Shown in pieces: positions 13,620 through 27,868 of a stretch of 64,000 nucleotides of DNA (within the stretch, counting starts at the first letter, position 1; every line of letters starts with the position of its first letter). The notes under the pieces were generated by a model that worked only from the letters and a program-made list of their open reading frames with translations, was not told where the DNA came from and did not search any database. This stretch comes from Octopus vulgaris. Its lineage: Eukaryota. The stretch lies in contig OX597826.1 of NCBI GenBank assembly GCA_951406725.2, positions 60,016,001 through 60,080,000 of the forward strand, read 5' to 3'. The position numbers and the translations under genes were made by a program.

Positions 13620-13796
13620 CATGCATATATAATATACATATGTATACACACACATATACAAGTGTGTCTGCACATATGTGCGTGTGCATATTTGTGCTTG
13701 TGTACATATATATATATGTTTTTATATATATATATAAGAAGCCCATATATTTAATACAGCTTTACATATGTATATGAATACACCAACATATTACTC

Positions 13797-13867
<71 letters not shown>

Positions 13868-13943
13868 TGTATGTGTATTTACATATATATTTATGCTTGT
13901 ATATATATGTATATATTTGTGTGTGTCTACATATATATTTATG

Positions 13944-13978
<35 letters not shown>

Positions 13979-13983
13979 TTGCA

Positions 13984-14020
<37 letters not shown>
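12590..14020. repeat. Dinucleotide/tetranucleotide microsatellite field (TA, CA, GA, GATA, CATA)
   Basis: Directly visible. Source of the [12 protein letters not shown] ORFs. Confidence 0.95.
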
Positions 14021-14021
<1 letters not shown>

Positions 14022-14419
14022 ATAACATAGCTGAGATCACTCCATTCCCATGTTTTATTGTCATAGACATAGTTATTATAGCTCTACTCCATTATATTAA
14101 TTTTCTATTAAGTATTGAGCACTTTCAGTGAAGTAAAGCTCGTTCTTAAATGATTCTGCATTTGTTGTGTGACAGTACGTATATTTCTCTTATTTATGTA
14201 CAAACACCGACACACACAAGCTTACACATACACGAACAGAGACAGATATTTGCATATACACATTGATACATATGAGCGGATATGCACAGCTAGGTACATT
14301 CTCGTGTACCATAGAAGAAGATATACAAACGTTCACACCGGTGTATATAGTTTCACTCAACGCGCGCACTTAAAATGACAAATTCTTAAATAAGTACATT
14401 TAAAAATGGTAATGTTAAA

Positions 14420-15535
14420 AACAAGGAAAGAACGATAGAAATAGATGAATAAAGAAAGAATGGAAGAAGGAAAGTAGGAAGGAAAGAGGGGAAAGAAAGA
14501 ACTAACAATGATGAAGTCAGAGTGAATATGAAAGAATGTAATTAAAATGAAGATGAAAAGAAAGGAAGTAAGGAGTCACGGAAGGAAGAATGAAAGACAG
14601 AAAGAAAGAATGAAAGACAGAAAGAAAGAATGAAAGACAGAAAGAAAGAATGAATGAATGAATAGATGAAAGGAAGTCAGGAAGAAAGAAACATTTAAAG
14701 AAAGAAAGAGAAAACAACAAAGTGAAGGATAGACAGAAATAAAGAATGAAAACAATGACAAAAAAGAAGTAAAGGCAAAACGGAAGAATGAATGGCAAGG
14801 AAAAGAAAGACGGAAAGAATGAAACTAAAAGAATGAAAGAAAAGGAATGAAAAAGGAATGAAAAATATACAACGAACAAGACAAAAAGAATGAAAACAAT
14901 GAAACAAGAAAAGGTAGAAAGAATGGGAATCTAAAGATATATGAAAGAAAGGAAAGAAAGTAGGCAGTAAAGGCAAAACTAAAGAATAATGAAAGAGTAG
15001 AATGAAACGAAAGAATGAAACTAAAAGGGGGATATAAAAAAGTGGAATGAAAGATATACAACGAAAGATATACAACGAACAAGACAAAAAGAATGAAAAA
15101 AAATGAAACAAGAAAAGGTAGAAAGAATGGGAATCTAAAGATATATGAAAGAAAGGAATGAAAGAAACCAGTAAACGCAAAACTAAAGAATACAGAAAGA
15201 CGAAAGAATGAAATGAAAAAAGGAAAATTAGGAAATAGAATGAAAGACAGTCAACGAACCAGAAAAATAATGCAAAATAATGAAGGAAGGAAAGTCAGCA
15301 AGATTGCGAGACAAGGAATAAATTAAACTAAATAAATAAATAAAGAAAGAAAGAAAGAGAGAAAGAAATAAAGAAAGAAGAAAAGAGAAAAAGAAAGAAT
15401 AATTAAAGAAGGATAGAAAGACAAAGAAAGAAATAATAAAGAAAAGTAAAGAAAGAAAAAGAAAGAAAGAAAGAAAGAAAGATAGAAAGAAAGAAAGAAA
15501 GAAAGTGAAATATAGAAGGAAAGAAGGAAAGGAAC
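14420..15535 (+). repeat. ~1.1-kb purine-rich (GAAA/GAAT) low-complexity tract with an internal ~200-bp-period duplication
   Basis: atacaacgaacaagacaaaaagaatgaaaa..gggaatctaaagatatatgaaagaaaggaa occurs at about 14867-14953 and 15070-15158. Confidence 0.9.
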
Positions 15536-15841
15536 CACTCAGAGTGGTACGATAATATTTATTCTCCTGATATATTACCGAAATTCGGACAGCAGTAGAA
15601 CGGATACTACTTTCAGCAGATAGGTTTTATACCCACATATATAGATAAACGTGCATATCGCTAATGCAACCATACACCACGGATATTCGAAAATATATAG
15701 AATTGTGAGAATAAATTCTAAAAGTGAACGCGTTTATATATCTGTACATACATATATATATATACATATATTTATGCACACACATATATATGTATGCATA
15801 TGTATGCATATATGTATGTACATATATACATACATATATAT

Positions 15842-15891
<50 letters not shown>

Positions 15892-16144
15892 ATATTCATA
15901 TATTTGTATATACTATGTATGTATATATGTCTATGTATGTGGTGAGGGATTAATATATGTCTGTGTTTTCGTATATGGATGTTCATATGTGCATGTGTCT
16001 ATATATTTAAACGCATTGAGATATACATTATATTATCACCTATATATACACACGCAAACTTACACACACACACACTCATATATACATACACCTGCGCACA
16101 CTTATACTAGTTTGTATGTTTGTGTGTATATATATACATATACG

Positions 16145-16194
<50 letters not shown>

Positions 16195-16214
16195 TGTGTG
16201 TGTATGTCTAGGTG

Positions 16215-16246
<32 letters not shown>

Positions 16247-17139
16247 TATATATATATATATATGCACATATATACAGGTATATGCATATACGTACATATC
16301 TATAAATCCACGTCAGTGCCTCCATCGTTCTGCACGAGATAAATGCATTTATTTTCATCACCACTGATGCATCTTCCTGTAGAATGACATAGCAGATGGC
16401 AGTTATACATATATTAATTTACAGCTTGCTTCGATGATTGCCCTGTCAGCGTTCTCGCAACAGGTTGGCGTCAACAAGTCTGCATTCCACCAGTTCGAAA
16501 CCACCCTAGGTGTCGATGCAGAAATTTACTGTTGAAAACAAGAACAACAACACTGTAGTAATGCCGCCGAGGTTGATGGTGAGTTAAACAATAAGAAAAT
16601 GAACAACAACAACAACAACAACAACTACGCCATCAGTCGTAGTCAAACTCCATATGGTGTCACGTGAAAAGATGGGTTGGGAGAGAGTTAAATCTCTTAA
16701 GACAGAAACACACGGAATTCTTTTATATCGGTTATATTGGAATATTGGTTGCGTTCTGAAGCGATACACATTTAATATTAATATAGACTATGAAGATATG
16801 TGAATCACTCAAAAGCTACGCAAACTACATTACATTTATATGCTGTATAAACTATTGATACATTTCTCAACTACTTTATAATATTATATATAACCTACAT
16901 TTCGCTTCTGTATCTCTTAAAACTACACTTGCTTCAAATAGCAAGTTGTACTAGTCTCGTAGGTGTTAATGTGTCACTTGATTTATAAGCACCAGCCGAT
17001 CCTTGTCTTCCTTAACCGGTGTTCGTTGTTTTACAAACATTCTCGGTTAGATCCTCAGCTTCAGTATAACTTCCACCCTTCGTCTATACATTCTCGGTGA
17101 CCCTGAAGAAATAAATAATCATGACCTTTGTTCTTTCTC

Positions 17140-17400
17140 TCTTGTCTTAGTCTTACTTTTAGTCTTAGCCTTAGTTGGCCCTCACATCGAGCAGTAAGGT
17201 GTCCCTAATAATCCAAGTTTTAAGCATAGACGCCTCCATCTTTCGATGTGTAGCTAAGTTGCTTTCCGTCCTTGATGGACATGTTTTCTTGGGTTTCCAT
17301 CACATCCTTCGTCCCTCTAGTGGTACTATTGTATAGCTCACTAGGCTATTTGATCTTCTGAGGGTCGTAAAACATAAACTGCAAATCTCACTTTGCTTCT
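17140..17400 (-). pseudogene. RTE-clade LINE 3' end remnant
   Basis: Minus strand reads RSKVRFAVYVLRPSEDQIA**AIQ*..GNPRK (compare RWRFAGHVLR..DRIAR.A..W..GRPRKTW), followed by a short (CTAAG/ACTAAG)-like tandem tail. Confidence 0.65.
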
Positions 17401-18084
17401 GTCACAGTCTCCGGCAGGTTGCGCAGATTACCACTTCTCAAAACTTCAGAGGATGGCCGGAGAGCTAGCAGCCGTTCAACAAGAGCACTGTAGAAAACAC
17501 TGGTGAAAACCACAATCGCAACAGAAGCTGGAAGAAGAATTTTCAACAACATCCGGCATGATGCCGAAAACTCACCCCGAGCTATACAGGCGAGGGCAAT
17601 ATTCGGTTATGAACCTCAAGCAAAGCAATCGAACGACCATCTGGAATTTTCTGACTTCCTCACTTTGGCTAAGCAGTAAATAAAACAAAGTAAGCTCGGC
17701 CTTGGTTGATGAGATTCAGGTGAAAGCATGCCATGCAGCTTCATTCACTATTGTAGTCAGTGCCGAGGGTTAACAGAAAGAAGCACGTAATCTCCTACAA
17801 GGATTAATTTTAAACTCGAGCAATAGAGGAAACCTAGAGAAGAGGGAGAGAGAGCGCTGTGGCTACTGAAGCGCGTTGAAAGTGGTTCCGGATGGAAAAA
17901 AGATCAGTTTGAATCCTTCTTTAGGTGATGTCTAATTCCGTAGTCACTGCTAAGCGCACCTGGTAATGCGTGAAACACTTTTGACACTGTGTTACCTGCT
18001 GAAATTGAGGGATGATACCTATCGTTGCCATTGATTTAGTTGCTATCTTACAATGTCTTTAACTAATTCTTGTAGTTTGTGTGT

Positions 18085-18194
18085 GGCACTTTCGGCAAGA
18101 GTCATCTACTATAGCCGGTAGTGAAGAATATCTTAAGGGTAAATTTGCTTGAAGGAAACTGTACAGGAGCCCGTTGCATATATATGTATGTCAT

Positions 18195-18232
<38 letters not shown>

Positions 18233-18490
18233 TGTGTGTGTGTGTGTGTGTATGTGTGTATTTTTGCGCACATGTATGTTTTTGAATATGTGCTTTTCTC
18301 CCTCCCACAACAAGCATTATTTCTTTACGGCCCCGTGGCACGTTAATTTACCAAAAGCAGAATGTAGAATAAGTACCAGGTTGAACAAAACAGGCACCGG
18401 AAACGACTTCCTCGACTTGATCCCTCAACGCGGTGCTCCAATATGACAGCATTTCAATGACTGAAACAAGAAAAGAAGGATAAAAACAAA
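18085..18490 (+). mobile_element. SINE family B, degenerate
   Basis: ggcactttcggcaagagtcatctactatagcc..internal (TG)(GA)n..agaataagtaccagg..gcggtgctcca..atgactgaaacaag. Confidence 0.7.
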
Positions 18491-18776
18491 GATATTTTAA
18501 AATGGGAATTTCATTGTATTCAATGCATCATGGTTCCAATATGAATGTTAAATAAATATTGATTTGTAAATGAAATAAAAAATACAAACATTGAATGTGA
18601 AGGCATCTAAAATTCTTAAAAACAACGTAAACTGCATTACATTTCCATAATAAAATAATCTATTAGCGCATTGCATTACGATATGTGTTGATTCATTATA
18701 TTGCTGTATAACGTAGTGCTACGTTATATCGTTATATAATACAGTGGTATATTTCAGTACTATATTATATAAATGG

Positions 18777-19140
18777 TGGCGTAATGGCCCAGTGGTTAGG
18801 GCAGCGTACTCATGGTTTCGATTCCCAGACCGGCCGTTGTTAATGCTTATTGAGCGAAAACACCTAAAGCTGTACGAGGCTCCGGCAAGGAGTAGTGGCG
18901 AACTCTGTTGTATTCTTTTACCACAACTTTGTCTTCTTCTTTCTTCCTGTTTCTTTTATACCTGTATTTCAAAGAGGCCGGCCTTTTCACACTCTATGTC
19001 AGGCTGAATCTCCCCGAGAACTATGTTAAGTGTACAAATGTCTGTGGTGTGCTCAGCCACTTGCACGTTAATTTCACAATCAGGCTGTTCCGTTGATCAT
19101 ATCAACTGGAACCATCATCGTCGTAACCGACGGAGTACCA
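18777..19140 (+). mobile_element. SINE family C (body 1, tail X)
   Basis: ggcgtaatggcccagtggttagggcagcg..gtttcgattcccagacc..cgtaaccgacggagt; reverse complement of 6468-6857. Confidence 0.92.
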
Positions 19141-19182
19141 CGATATTATATAAACTACACTAAAAATATACACTATGCACAA

Positions 19183-19330
19183 GGCGTAGGAGTGGTTGTG
19201 TGGTAAATAACTTGCTTACCAACCACATGGTTCCAGGTGCAGCGCGGCACCTTAGCCAAGTGTCTTCTACTCGAGCCAACCAAAGACATGTGAGTGGATT
19301 TTGTTGACGGAAACTGAAAGAAGCCCGTCG

Positions 19331-19393
<63 letters not shown>

Positions 19394-19626
19394 GTGTGTG
19401 CATATGTTTGTGTGTCTGTGTTTGTCCCCCCAACATCGCTTGACAACCGATGCTGGGTGTGTTTACGTCCTCGTAACTTCGCGGTTCAGCAAATGAGACC
19501 GATATCATAAGTACTAGGCTTGCAAAGAATAATTCCTGAGGTCGATTTGCTCGACTAAAGGCGGTGCTCCAGCATGGTCACAGTCAAATGACTGAAACAA
19601 GCGAACGAGTAAAAGAGTAAAGAGTA
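19183..19626 (+). mobile_element. SINE family B (tRNA-like head, CORE-like ggcaccttRgNcaagtgtctt, internal (TA)n, (GTAAAAGA)n tail)
   Basis: Full-length copy; many homologues elsewhere in the window. Confidence 0.92.
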
Positions 19627-19629
19627 TAG

Positions 19630-20035
19630 CATTCATATAATGCATTCCTACCGTAATATACTGCCCTCTATTAGTATATCAAATGAAATACACTATATGA
19701 CTATGTTACTATACTATCAATACTAATAATCTATTTTACTTATAACCATAATAAACTGTATATTATATGTAATACACTGTATTACTATACTGTATAAAAT
19801 ACAGTGTATTACTATGTATTACTATGGTACTAGATTACATGAAATGTACTATAACAGTATATTGTATATACTGCACTATATTACTGTATCGCTTAACACA
19901 ATATTAGTACTTTAAATCGAATACGCTTATATTAGGTGTAATTCGATATATTATATATTATATTACAAGATACACTATAATGCTAAATTACTTACACTAC
20001 TCTACGTTGCTATATAGCGTAAACTACACTCAAAT
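19630..20035. repeat. Degenerate AT-rich pentamer-like (TATAC/TACTA) low-complexity tract
   Basis: Recurrent actat/tatac/agtat motifs. Confidence 0.55.
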
Positions 20036-20659
20036 AATGTAAGAACTGTCAGTGCGTTTATGAATTTATTAGATTTACCCGATTAGAAGTTGCAATTTTC
20101 CTTTCATTAATCGTTTTAGGAACAGCAAAATGAAATATTGATTTGATTAGACTACGTTAAGTTTTTAAGCTCGCTGTGTCGTTCTATGCTTTGCTACGTG
20201 TTTCTGCGCGTTATTATGCATTGCTGGGTTATATTAACCACGGTTCGTACGTTTGATTTTGCTATAGCATAACCACAAGAACAATGAAAACGACAATATG
20301 CAGTCTTGGACAAAAGATGGACTGGATGTCTTCAATCACAGCTCTGTTAAACTAAAGCAAGCAAGGGACATGTGGGTATTGTTGCGAGGAAAAAGAGAAC
20401 AAAATTGGCAAGTACACATCAGCAACTTCATAGACACTGCAACAACACTAGCAATATTTACATCACATTTGCAAGAAAATCACCAACATTAGCAGTAACA
20501 ATGACGACCAGCCAATATGAGGCCTGTAAGTGGTTGCTCGATATAGCATCCAAATTTTCAAATTGTGCTCCATAGATTTTAATCAAGGAGTACTTATTTT
20601 CATATGATCTTACGCACATTGTATCTCAATACAAGACAGGATGGGCGAGAGTAGGTATC

Positions 20660-20840
20660 TATAGCAAGAAGTCTTTTATGTTCGATTACGTTCGATGTCC
20701 ACCGACTCGTTATTTTGCGGTCAAATTTGTCTGTTATCATTTCGGGGCCGATAAAATGCGTACCCGTGGAGCTACGGGGGAGGATGTAACTGACTTACCA
20801 GTTTCCTAAATTTGTTGGGTTTGTGCCAAAAGTTGACACT
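20660..20840 (+). mobile_element. SINE family A, strongly degenerate
   Basis: tcatttcggggccgataaaatgcgtaccc..aaatttgttgggtttgtgccaaaa. Confidence 0.55.
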
Positions 20841-21175
20841 ATATGAGTGAGTGGCTGAAACAATAACAACCACAACAATGATTGTGGCATCACAAATGAT
20901 AGTAAGAAAATAGCAACATTAACACCACTAACATCAAAACAAAAGCAGCAGTAGTAAAACGGGCACCAGCTCCCACACTGTGAACACAAATAACATGCAG
21001 AAGAGCTACAATCACAAAAATATTACAACAGATTGCAGAATGGCCAATAAGGGAGTCTCTGGCTTTTCTATCGATCTACTAGAAATAATTATTGAATCAC
21101 CATAAAGGCATCCCGTACTCTTTTACATAAGGAAAGCGCTTTTCCATATTCCTCTATTACCCTAAACTATATCTA

Positions 21176-21481
21176 GGAGCACTCCGTCGGTTACGATGAC
21201 GAGGGTCCCAGATGATACGATAGACGGAACAGCTTGCTCATGAAATTAACGTGCAAGTGACTGAGACTGAGCAATCCACAGATGCTTGTACCCCTAACGT
21301 AGTTCTGAGAGAGATTCAACGTGACACAGAGTGGGACAAGGAGGGCCAGTTGAAATACAGGTACAACTCATTTTTGCCTGCTGAGTGGACTGGAGCAACG
21401 TGAAATAAAGTGTCTTGCTGAACGCGTCGCCGGGAATTGAACTCACGACCTTACAATTGTGAGCCGACTGCCCTAACCACT
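21176..21481 (-). mobile_element. SINE with tRNA head, body 2 (gcaagacactttatttcacgttgctccagtccactcagc) and tail X
   Basis: The tail matches 6476-6660, while the central part matches the 58950-59005 body instead of body 1. Confidence 0.88.
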
Positions 21482-21939
21482 TCACAACCCTAAAACTAAT
21501 ACTATATTCGTAAAGTTTGTTCCTGTTTACCTAGCATATTTTACAGTGATGACAAAAGAGTTCTAATTATACTCTCATACACACCCAGCCATACATAAAC
21601 GGTGCCATACCCATATGCTCACGCCATCCTTATTCTATAAACACACGATTATATATAGCTGCTTATATGCACATACACGCAACTACGTTTATATTTTTAC
21701 TACTTGCAACTGTTTGTCATGTTAATCTCCTATCCATATATATATATAATCTCAAACCATCTATTACAAATCTATTGATACATATTTTCATGCTGTTTAT
21801 CTTTCTGTTAACTTCTTAATTTGCCCGGCATTCAATGACAATCAAATGCACTCACCTCTACTAAAACCTCCAAGCATGTCTATACTTTTCTAATGCCATT
21901 GTATACCATACACGCCTATATCAACCAAATTTTTTTTAT

Positions 21940-22090
21940 TCTAATTAAAATTTAGTCTTTTTTCCTCTTTCTATCTTGGCAAAGACCTCCTGTCCGAAAT
22001 GTCAATTTCTGTTGCGCTTCTTCAAATTGTAATACATATACAACGTGGGTGTTTGCCTTCATTCATGATTTGTCTTCTGAATTAATTTCT
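21940..22090 (+). mobile_element. Decayed Penelope-type terminal piece with an eroded hammerhead motif
   Basis: ttggcaaa-gac-ctcct-gtc-cgaaatgtca (about 21976-22004) parallels ctgacgaa-gagc-tcc-gctc-gaaacgtta at 47102. Confidence 0.35.
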
Positions 22091-22839
22091 GTCAGAAACA
22101 AATCCCCAGACGCACCAGATATCGGATTACTTATCATTAATTTGAATCAGGATTGTGGCGATAACAACGTAAGTGACACAAGTTTTTCTAGTTTCGCTAC
22201 ATAAATTTGAAATACAATGTTGAAAAATGAAATGGTGACTGGTTTTATTGAACAAAAAATATTTGGTAAATAACTGTTTCGCAACTGAATCGCTTAAACT
22301 AAAAACAAAATCTGAAATATATAAAATGTGAAATTTATTAGAAACACAAAAAAGTACAATAAATTCATTTACTGAAAACTATCTCTTTCTCAACTAAAAA
22401 ATAATAATTTCTATTATCCATCGTTTAATTGAATGCAGTTTTCAAATAATGTGCCAATGTTCTGTCTTAGGCCCGCTAAATAAATTATAGATGGGTTGAA
22501 GGGATTTACAGTCACGTAAATTTGATGCCAACAAAATTTTAAACTTTATCAGGAATTTGAAAGTTTTTTCATCTTTTGCAAATTGGAAACCTTAAAGAAT
22601 AAAATGTTTTTCATTTTAAAGGCCATGAAGAAAAGCAGAACTGTAGACATAATTTATTGATAACAATGCAAAATAATTCGCATCAGTCGCATATCATCCG
22701 ATACTGTGCTGCAGAAAATTACATTTTCACGAACCGAGTCGAAGAAATGTAATTTTTCTGTAGAAAAATATCTCGCTCTCTCGCTCTCTCTCACTGATTT
22801 CCATATGTATATATACATTTATATATTAGTTTTATATAT

Positions 22840-22870
<31 letters not shown>

Positions 22871-22889
22871 ACACACATATGTATATATA

Positions 22890-22921
<32 letters not shown>

Positions 22922-23220
22922 AATATACACGCAACATACACGTATACACACACAGGCACGCATATTCTGGTATACGCATATTAGGGCAAAGAGAAATGTA
23001 TTTTGTGAAAATTTGTACACACGGTATAGTATTATTATACAGACTACATGAAGCAAGTCCTGACGTAATTCATTTAAGTACATCGTCTGTATCTCTTTAG
23101 ATTTGTTCCTTGTATTAGGTTCATTCACATAGGTGAAACATGCTTCGTTTAATAGATTCCCAATGCTTTCAAATGGCCTGTTTGTGTGTGTGGCAGTCAC
23201 CTCCACTCTCTCTCTCTCTT

Positions 23221-23262
<42 letters not shown>

Positions 23263-23481
23263 GTGCGTGTGTGTGTATACATATAAATATATGATACATA
23301 TGTAAATATATCATACATATATTCATTTGCAATACACATAAATATATATATATATTTAGAGACACACAATCATATATATATATATACAAATACTATCTAT
23401 CTATCTATCTTTCTATCTATCTATCTGTCTATCTATCTATTTATCTATGCATCTAACTCTATCTCCGTCCCTATCTATTTA

Positions 23482-23513
<32 letters not shown>

Positions 23514-23519
23514 GCTCTC

Positions 23520-23558
<39 letters not shown>

Positions 23559-24910
23559 AGAGAGAGGGAAACAGAAATACTTATACATATATATCAATAT
23601 ATATATATGTATATATTCACACAGTATATGTATATTTATAAATCTATACAGAATTTTGTCTAAATATATATATATACATGTTTGTCCGCACGCACACGTG
23701 GTTGTGTGATTGTGCGTGTGGGTACACACCTATGTGTGTGGGTGTGTGGACATTAGCTGAAAGCCATAACATTTGGAGAAAGAAGAGAGCTCTGTCTATT
23801 AAATTTAAAGTAGACGCCAACGGGAGTCGAAATAACTATGTAGAAGCAATGTCGTGCACTTAGCCTCTGGCTTTGCTATATCTGTCGGTTCTCAATTTTC
23901 CTGAATATTTATGAATATTTATGTGATGTCTCCACACCGATGGATTTTACTATTTTCATGGACATCAACACATTTTAAGCTGCATCCAAATGCAAAGCAT
24001 TCGGTCCTTAAAAGCATCATTCAGCCATTAGCGCAGAGATATACTTTTGATTTTGTTTCTACTTTCTGTTCCGATTTGAAAAGGCCTGTTACTCTAGACT
24101 GGTAAAATTTCATATCCCATCTTGTGAAGTCCACCCAAACAATCTTTCGTATTTATCTCTATCATTTCTCTTAACGCCTTAAACCAATACAAATCATTTT
24201 AAAATTACGTTTGTTTTTTTCCCCTTTTTAAACAAATCTCGTTCGACATGCTCGCCACATTCAGGTTTTTCCAATTTTAATGTCTGGCATCGCTTAATCT
24301 TATCGTTTATCCACTACAGTATTTCCTTAAAATCTCCCCCACCTTACATTTTCTTTTTCTCTGTTTCTACATTCTTCTTTTTAAATACATATTTTTTTCA
24401 AATACAGTTTGTTGAAACTGAAAACATTCCTGACAGAAAACTCTACCTCTACAGCACCTTTCAATTTTCATTTACAGCTTTTTTCGTCTGCACTCGTCTG
24501 AAACGCTCTTTTATTATTTCTCGCTCTCTCGTGCGCGCGCTCACCTTCACATGTCATTGTTGAACACCTAGCACAAGCAATTATTTATTGCGATCAAATA
24601 ATTGTGGCATACATTAGCTCGCTCAATCAAGTAGACGCTGCCTGTACGGGTGGGTGCAAGCTATAACGGAAGATAGTATGGAAGTGATTCTAGAACAAAG
24701 AGAAATAAAGAGTTTTGCTCAAGAGCACAATGCACACCACCGACCAGAAACTGAAACCACGATCTTGCGATAGTCAATGCAACATGCTAACCGCGTGCTC
24801 CCGCGCCTTTATGCATATGTATATACATGTACATGTAAATATATGTGTGTGTATGTGTGTCTGTGTGCGTATGTGTGTTTGGGCATATATATATACACAC
24901 ACACACATAG

Positions 24911-25030
24911 AGTCCGATAGAATAATTACTAGGCTTACAAAGAATAAGTCTTGGGATCCATTCGTCCGACTTAATGCGGTGCTCCAGCATGGCCGCAGTC
25001 AAATGACTGAAACGAGTAAAAGAAAAAAAA
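24911..25030 (+). mobile_element. SINE family B 3' fragment
   Basis: ccgatagaataattactaggcttacaaagaataagtc..gcggtgctccagcatggccgcagtcaaatgactgaaac. Confidence 0.9.
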
Positions 25031-25639
25031 GAAAGAAGATATATATTAATATATATACATGTACATACATACAGACACGTACTTACAGTCTCATACAGAC
25101 ATACGCACACAAACACACCCACATGCATAACAACAACTACAACAACATCAAGAGAGAGAGAACTTTATATATAGCGCCTAGGAAAAATATTACGAAATGC
25201 AAAATGCACACGGTCTTTCGTGTTGGAATAAATTTCATCATTTTAAAATAGAGTAACGGTAAAACCTGAATAAATATGCAAAATTGAGAGACTTACATCT
25301 TTTGTAGGAATAAAAGTAGAATATTTGTGATTTTATTCTTACACTGATTTTGATGACATAGTGTACAATGTTACAATCAAATTTCTTAAACGTATAAAGT
25401 TCCATATTCCATATATTATAATTACATACAGTTTTCATTTCGTATCTTGATAAGAATTTAAGTGTCTATGTGTAATGAGACCGTGTTAGCCTTACGCTAT
25501 GCTATAATCTGATGTACGTATCGGAAGAAACTGCGTTAAAAATACAGTATAGATAGAGCATGCGAGAAAAATAACCTTGTACATTAATATACAAAATATA
25601 AGTTCACTTGGGATGTAAATTTACGCATTTCAAATATTA

Positions 25640-25917
25640 TTTTCTACGCTAAGTACAAGGCCCGAACGTTTCTGCCAGCTCGCCGCCTTACGCATTTTAA
25701 ATATCATTTTCTATTCTAGGCACAAGGGCCGAAACATTGGGGGAGGTGGCCAGTCGATTGGATTGACCCGAGTACGCCACTGGTACTTAATTTATGAACC
25801 CCGAAAGGATGAAACGCAAAGTCAACCTCGGAGGAATTTCAACTCAGAACGTAAAGACAGACGAAATACGGCTAAGTATTTCACCCGGCATGCTAATGTT
25901 TCTGCCAGAACGCTGCC
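25640..25917 (-). mobile_element. SINE family A full copy (25707-25917) plus an internally deleted mini-copy (25640-25687)
   Basis: The 19-bp flank ttacgcattttaaatatca is present three times (25621 with two mismatches, 25688, 25918). Confidence 0.9.
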
Positions 25918-25994
25918 TTACGCATTTTAAATATCAAGATTTAAATATTTTCACAAATATTGTTACTTCAAATGAATTGACATCTTTTATTTCT

Positions 25995-26200
25995 CTTTTT
26001 TATTCGTTTCAGACATTAAACTTCATTCATAATTCGGCATCACTTTCAAGAATTTTAATCGAACGAATCGACCTCAATACTTATTTTTTTTTAAGTATCG
26101 GTATTCATTCTATCAGCCTCTTTTGCGGAACTGCTAAGTTATGAGGACATAAATACACCAGCATCTATTTTGGGGGGCAAGCTTAGACACAAAGACATAC
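25995..26200 (-). mobile_element. SINE family B 3' half, degenerate
   Basis: ttcgtttcagacatt..cgaacgaatcgacctc..ttttgcggaactgctaagttatgaggacataaatacacc. Confidence 0.75.
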
Positions 26201-26217
26201 ACACACACATATGTATG

Positions 26218-26276
<59 letters not shown>

Positions 26277-26499
26277 CGGATTTTTTAAAGCTAAATAAAG
26301 TTTAATGAGATTTAATGAAAGACATCAGTTAATCTTATAACTGGAGCCAGGCAACGGAAAACAGTTTTTTAAGCATTACAACAAGCAGTGCAATTTATGC
26401 CCAATGAAAAACCTTGGAATTATCTTAAATGAATATGAAGGAACGAATTTGAACTTACGTATGTAAGTTCTCAATAGCTCACCCCTAATACAAACCTCT

Positions 26500-26880
26500 G
26501 AGTTAATTAGATATATAAACAGATCCCTATTTATATTGACCACCGTCTATCTACAAGTTTTGCACTGTGACTTGGAATGATTTTAGTTCCCATTCTCAAT
26601 TATGTTATCCTACATTATTTCATTCTCATTAGCTTTCTTGACTTCTAGTTGCAACAGCCTATATACCTTAAACCTAAATTATTAAATACAGGTTTTTTTT
26701 TCTTTTTGTCTTCTTGATATCTTTTCCTATATCCGTAGTTCAAAACTATGCCATTCTTAGAAATGCCTACTTCAACTCATTAATTTAACTTTCGTTTTAT
26801 TATCATCATAACAATCATTCTTTTAATATTTAGGTGCTACATTCTATACCATGTTCCTAAGCTTAACGCTGAAGTATATT
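26500..26880 (-). pseudogene. Possible ancient CR1/L2-like RT remnant
   Basis: Only fragmentary motifs (LGTW.., MGTKIIP compared with RATKMIP), with many stops. Confidence 0.2.
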
Positions 26881-27868
26881 TAATTATTCTATTTCATTCA
26901 CTTGCATTTATCGTAATTATATATTATCTATTCACTTATTGCACGCCTGCCATTATATTTTCATAATTATAGCTAGACTTTTATCTAACTATACCTATCA
27001 TAAATATTATTTCTAATATCTATTCTTATGCCACATAATTATCTATCTGGACCGTTTCAAATTTTTTTAAATTTTGATTCCTCAGTTTTATATTTTTATA
27101 GGTCAAACCTTATCTCGTGTGCTACTTCAATATTTTAGGTTGCTTACCTAACCAGTATATTTTTAATTTAAAATGAAAATTTCAGCTTTATTTGTTATAC
27201 CCTATTAATCCTATATTTTCATTCGTTTATTATTTGCTTTTAATTATTATGTTATTAAAAATGTATTTTAATTATCTGTAAATATTTCCAGACTTCCTGC
27301 TAATTTTACCATTTATACAAGTTTTCTCAGTATTTTTACGTAGCATTTTATGTAAGCGCAGTGGTGATATTTCTATAGTAAATATATACAATACAATGCA
27401 TTATTAAACTTCGCTCACTTAATTTCATTACTGAAACTATATCTATTTAATCAAATTCTACCGTTCTCTGTAAAATTACCCCCACTGACTTCCATACAAA
27501 TTTAAAAAAAAAAGATACAAAATGAAAAACTGTGAATCTTAAAATGCAGCTGTAATTTCTGAAGGAAGAAAATTCCGGCGAATTTGAAGCAGACTTTTAC
27601 AAGCTATTCGTTTATTTTTTGTATTTGCATTATGTTGATGATCATTATTCCTCTTCCCTGTACGCTAACATTATTCAAAATATCGATTTTATCTTTACCT
27701 CGCTTTCTATTCCTACAGTACTTTATACCAAATCAATTCCCGTGTAGTACTCTCATATTGATGTCTCAAAACTTTTACTATGAGTTATACAATACACACT
27801 ATTTTCAATAAATGTCTTTTGCTCACACACACACGCAAACATACATACGTATACACACATATGCATAT

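Noticed and set aside
17410-17900. Coding-like unique stretch with faint resemblance to BEL/Pao gag
   Set aside because: Stops and frameshifts are present and there is no diagnostic motif. It would need a profile search.
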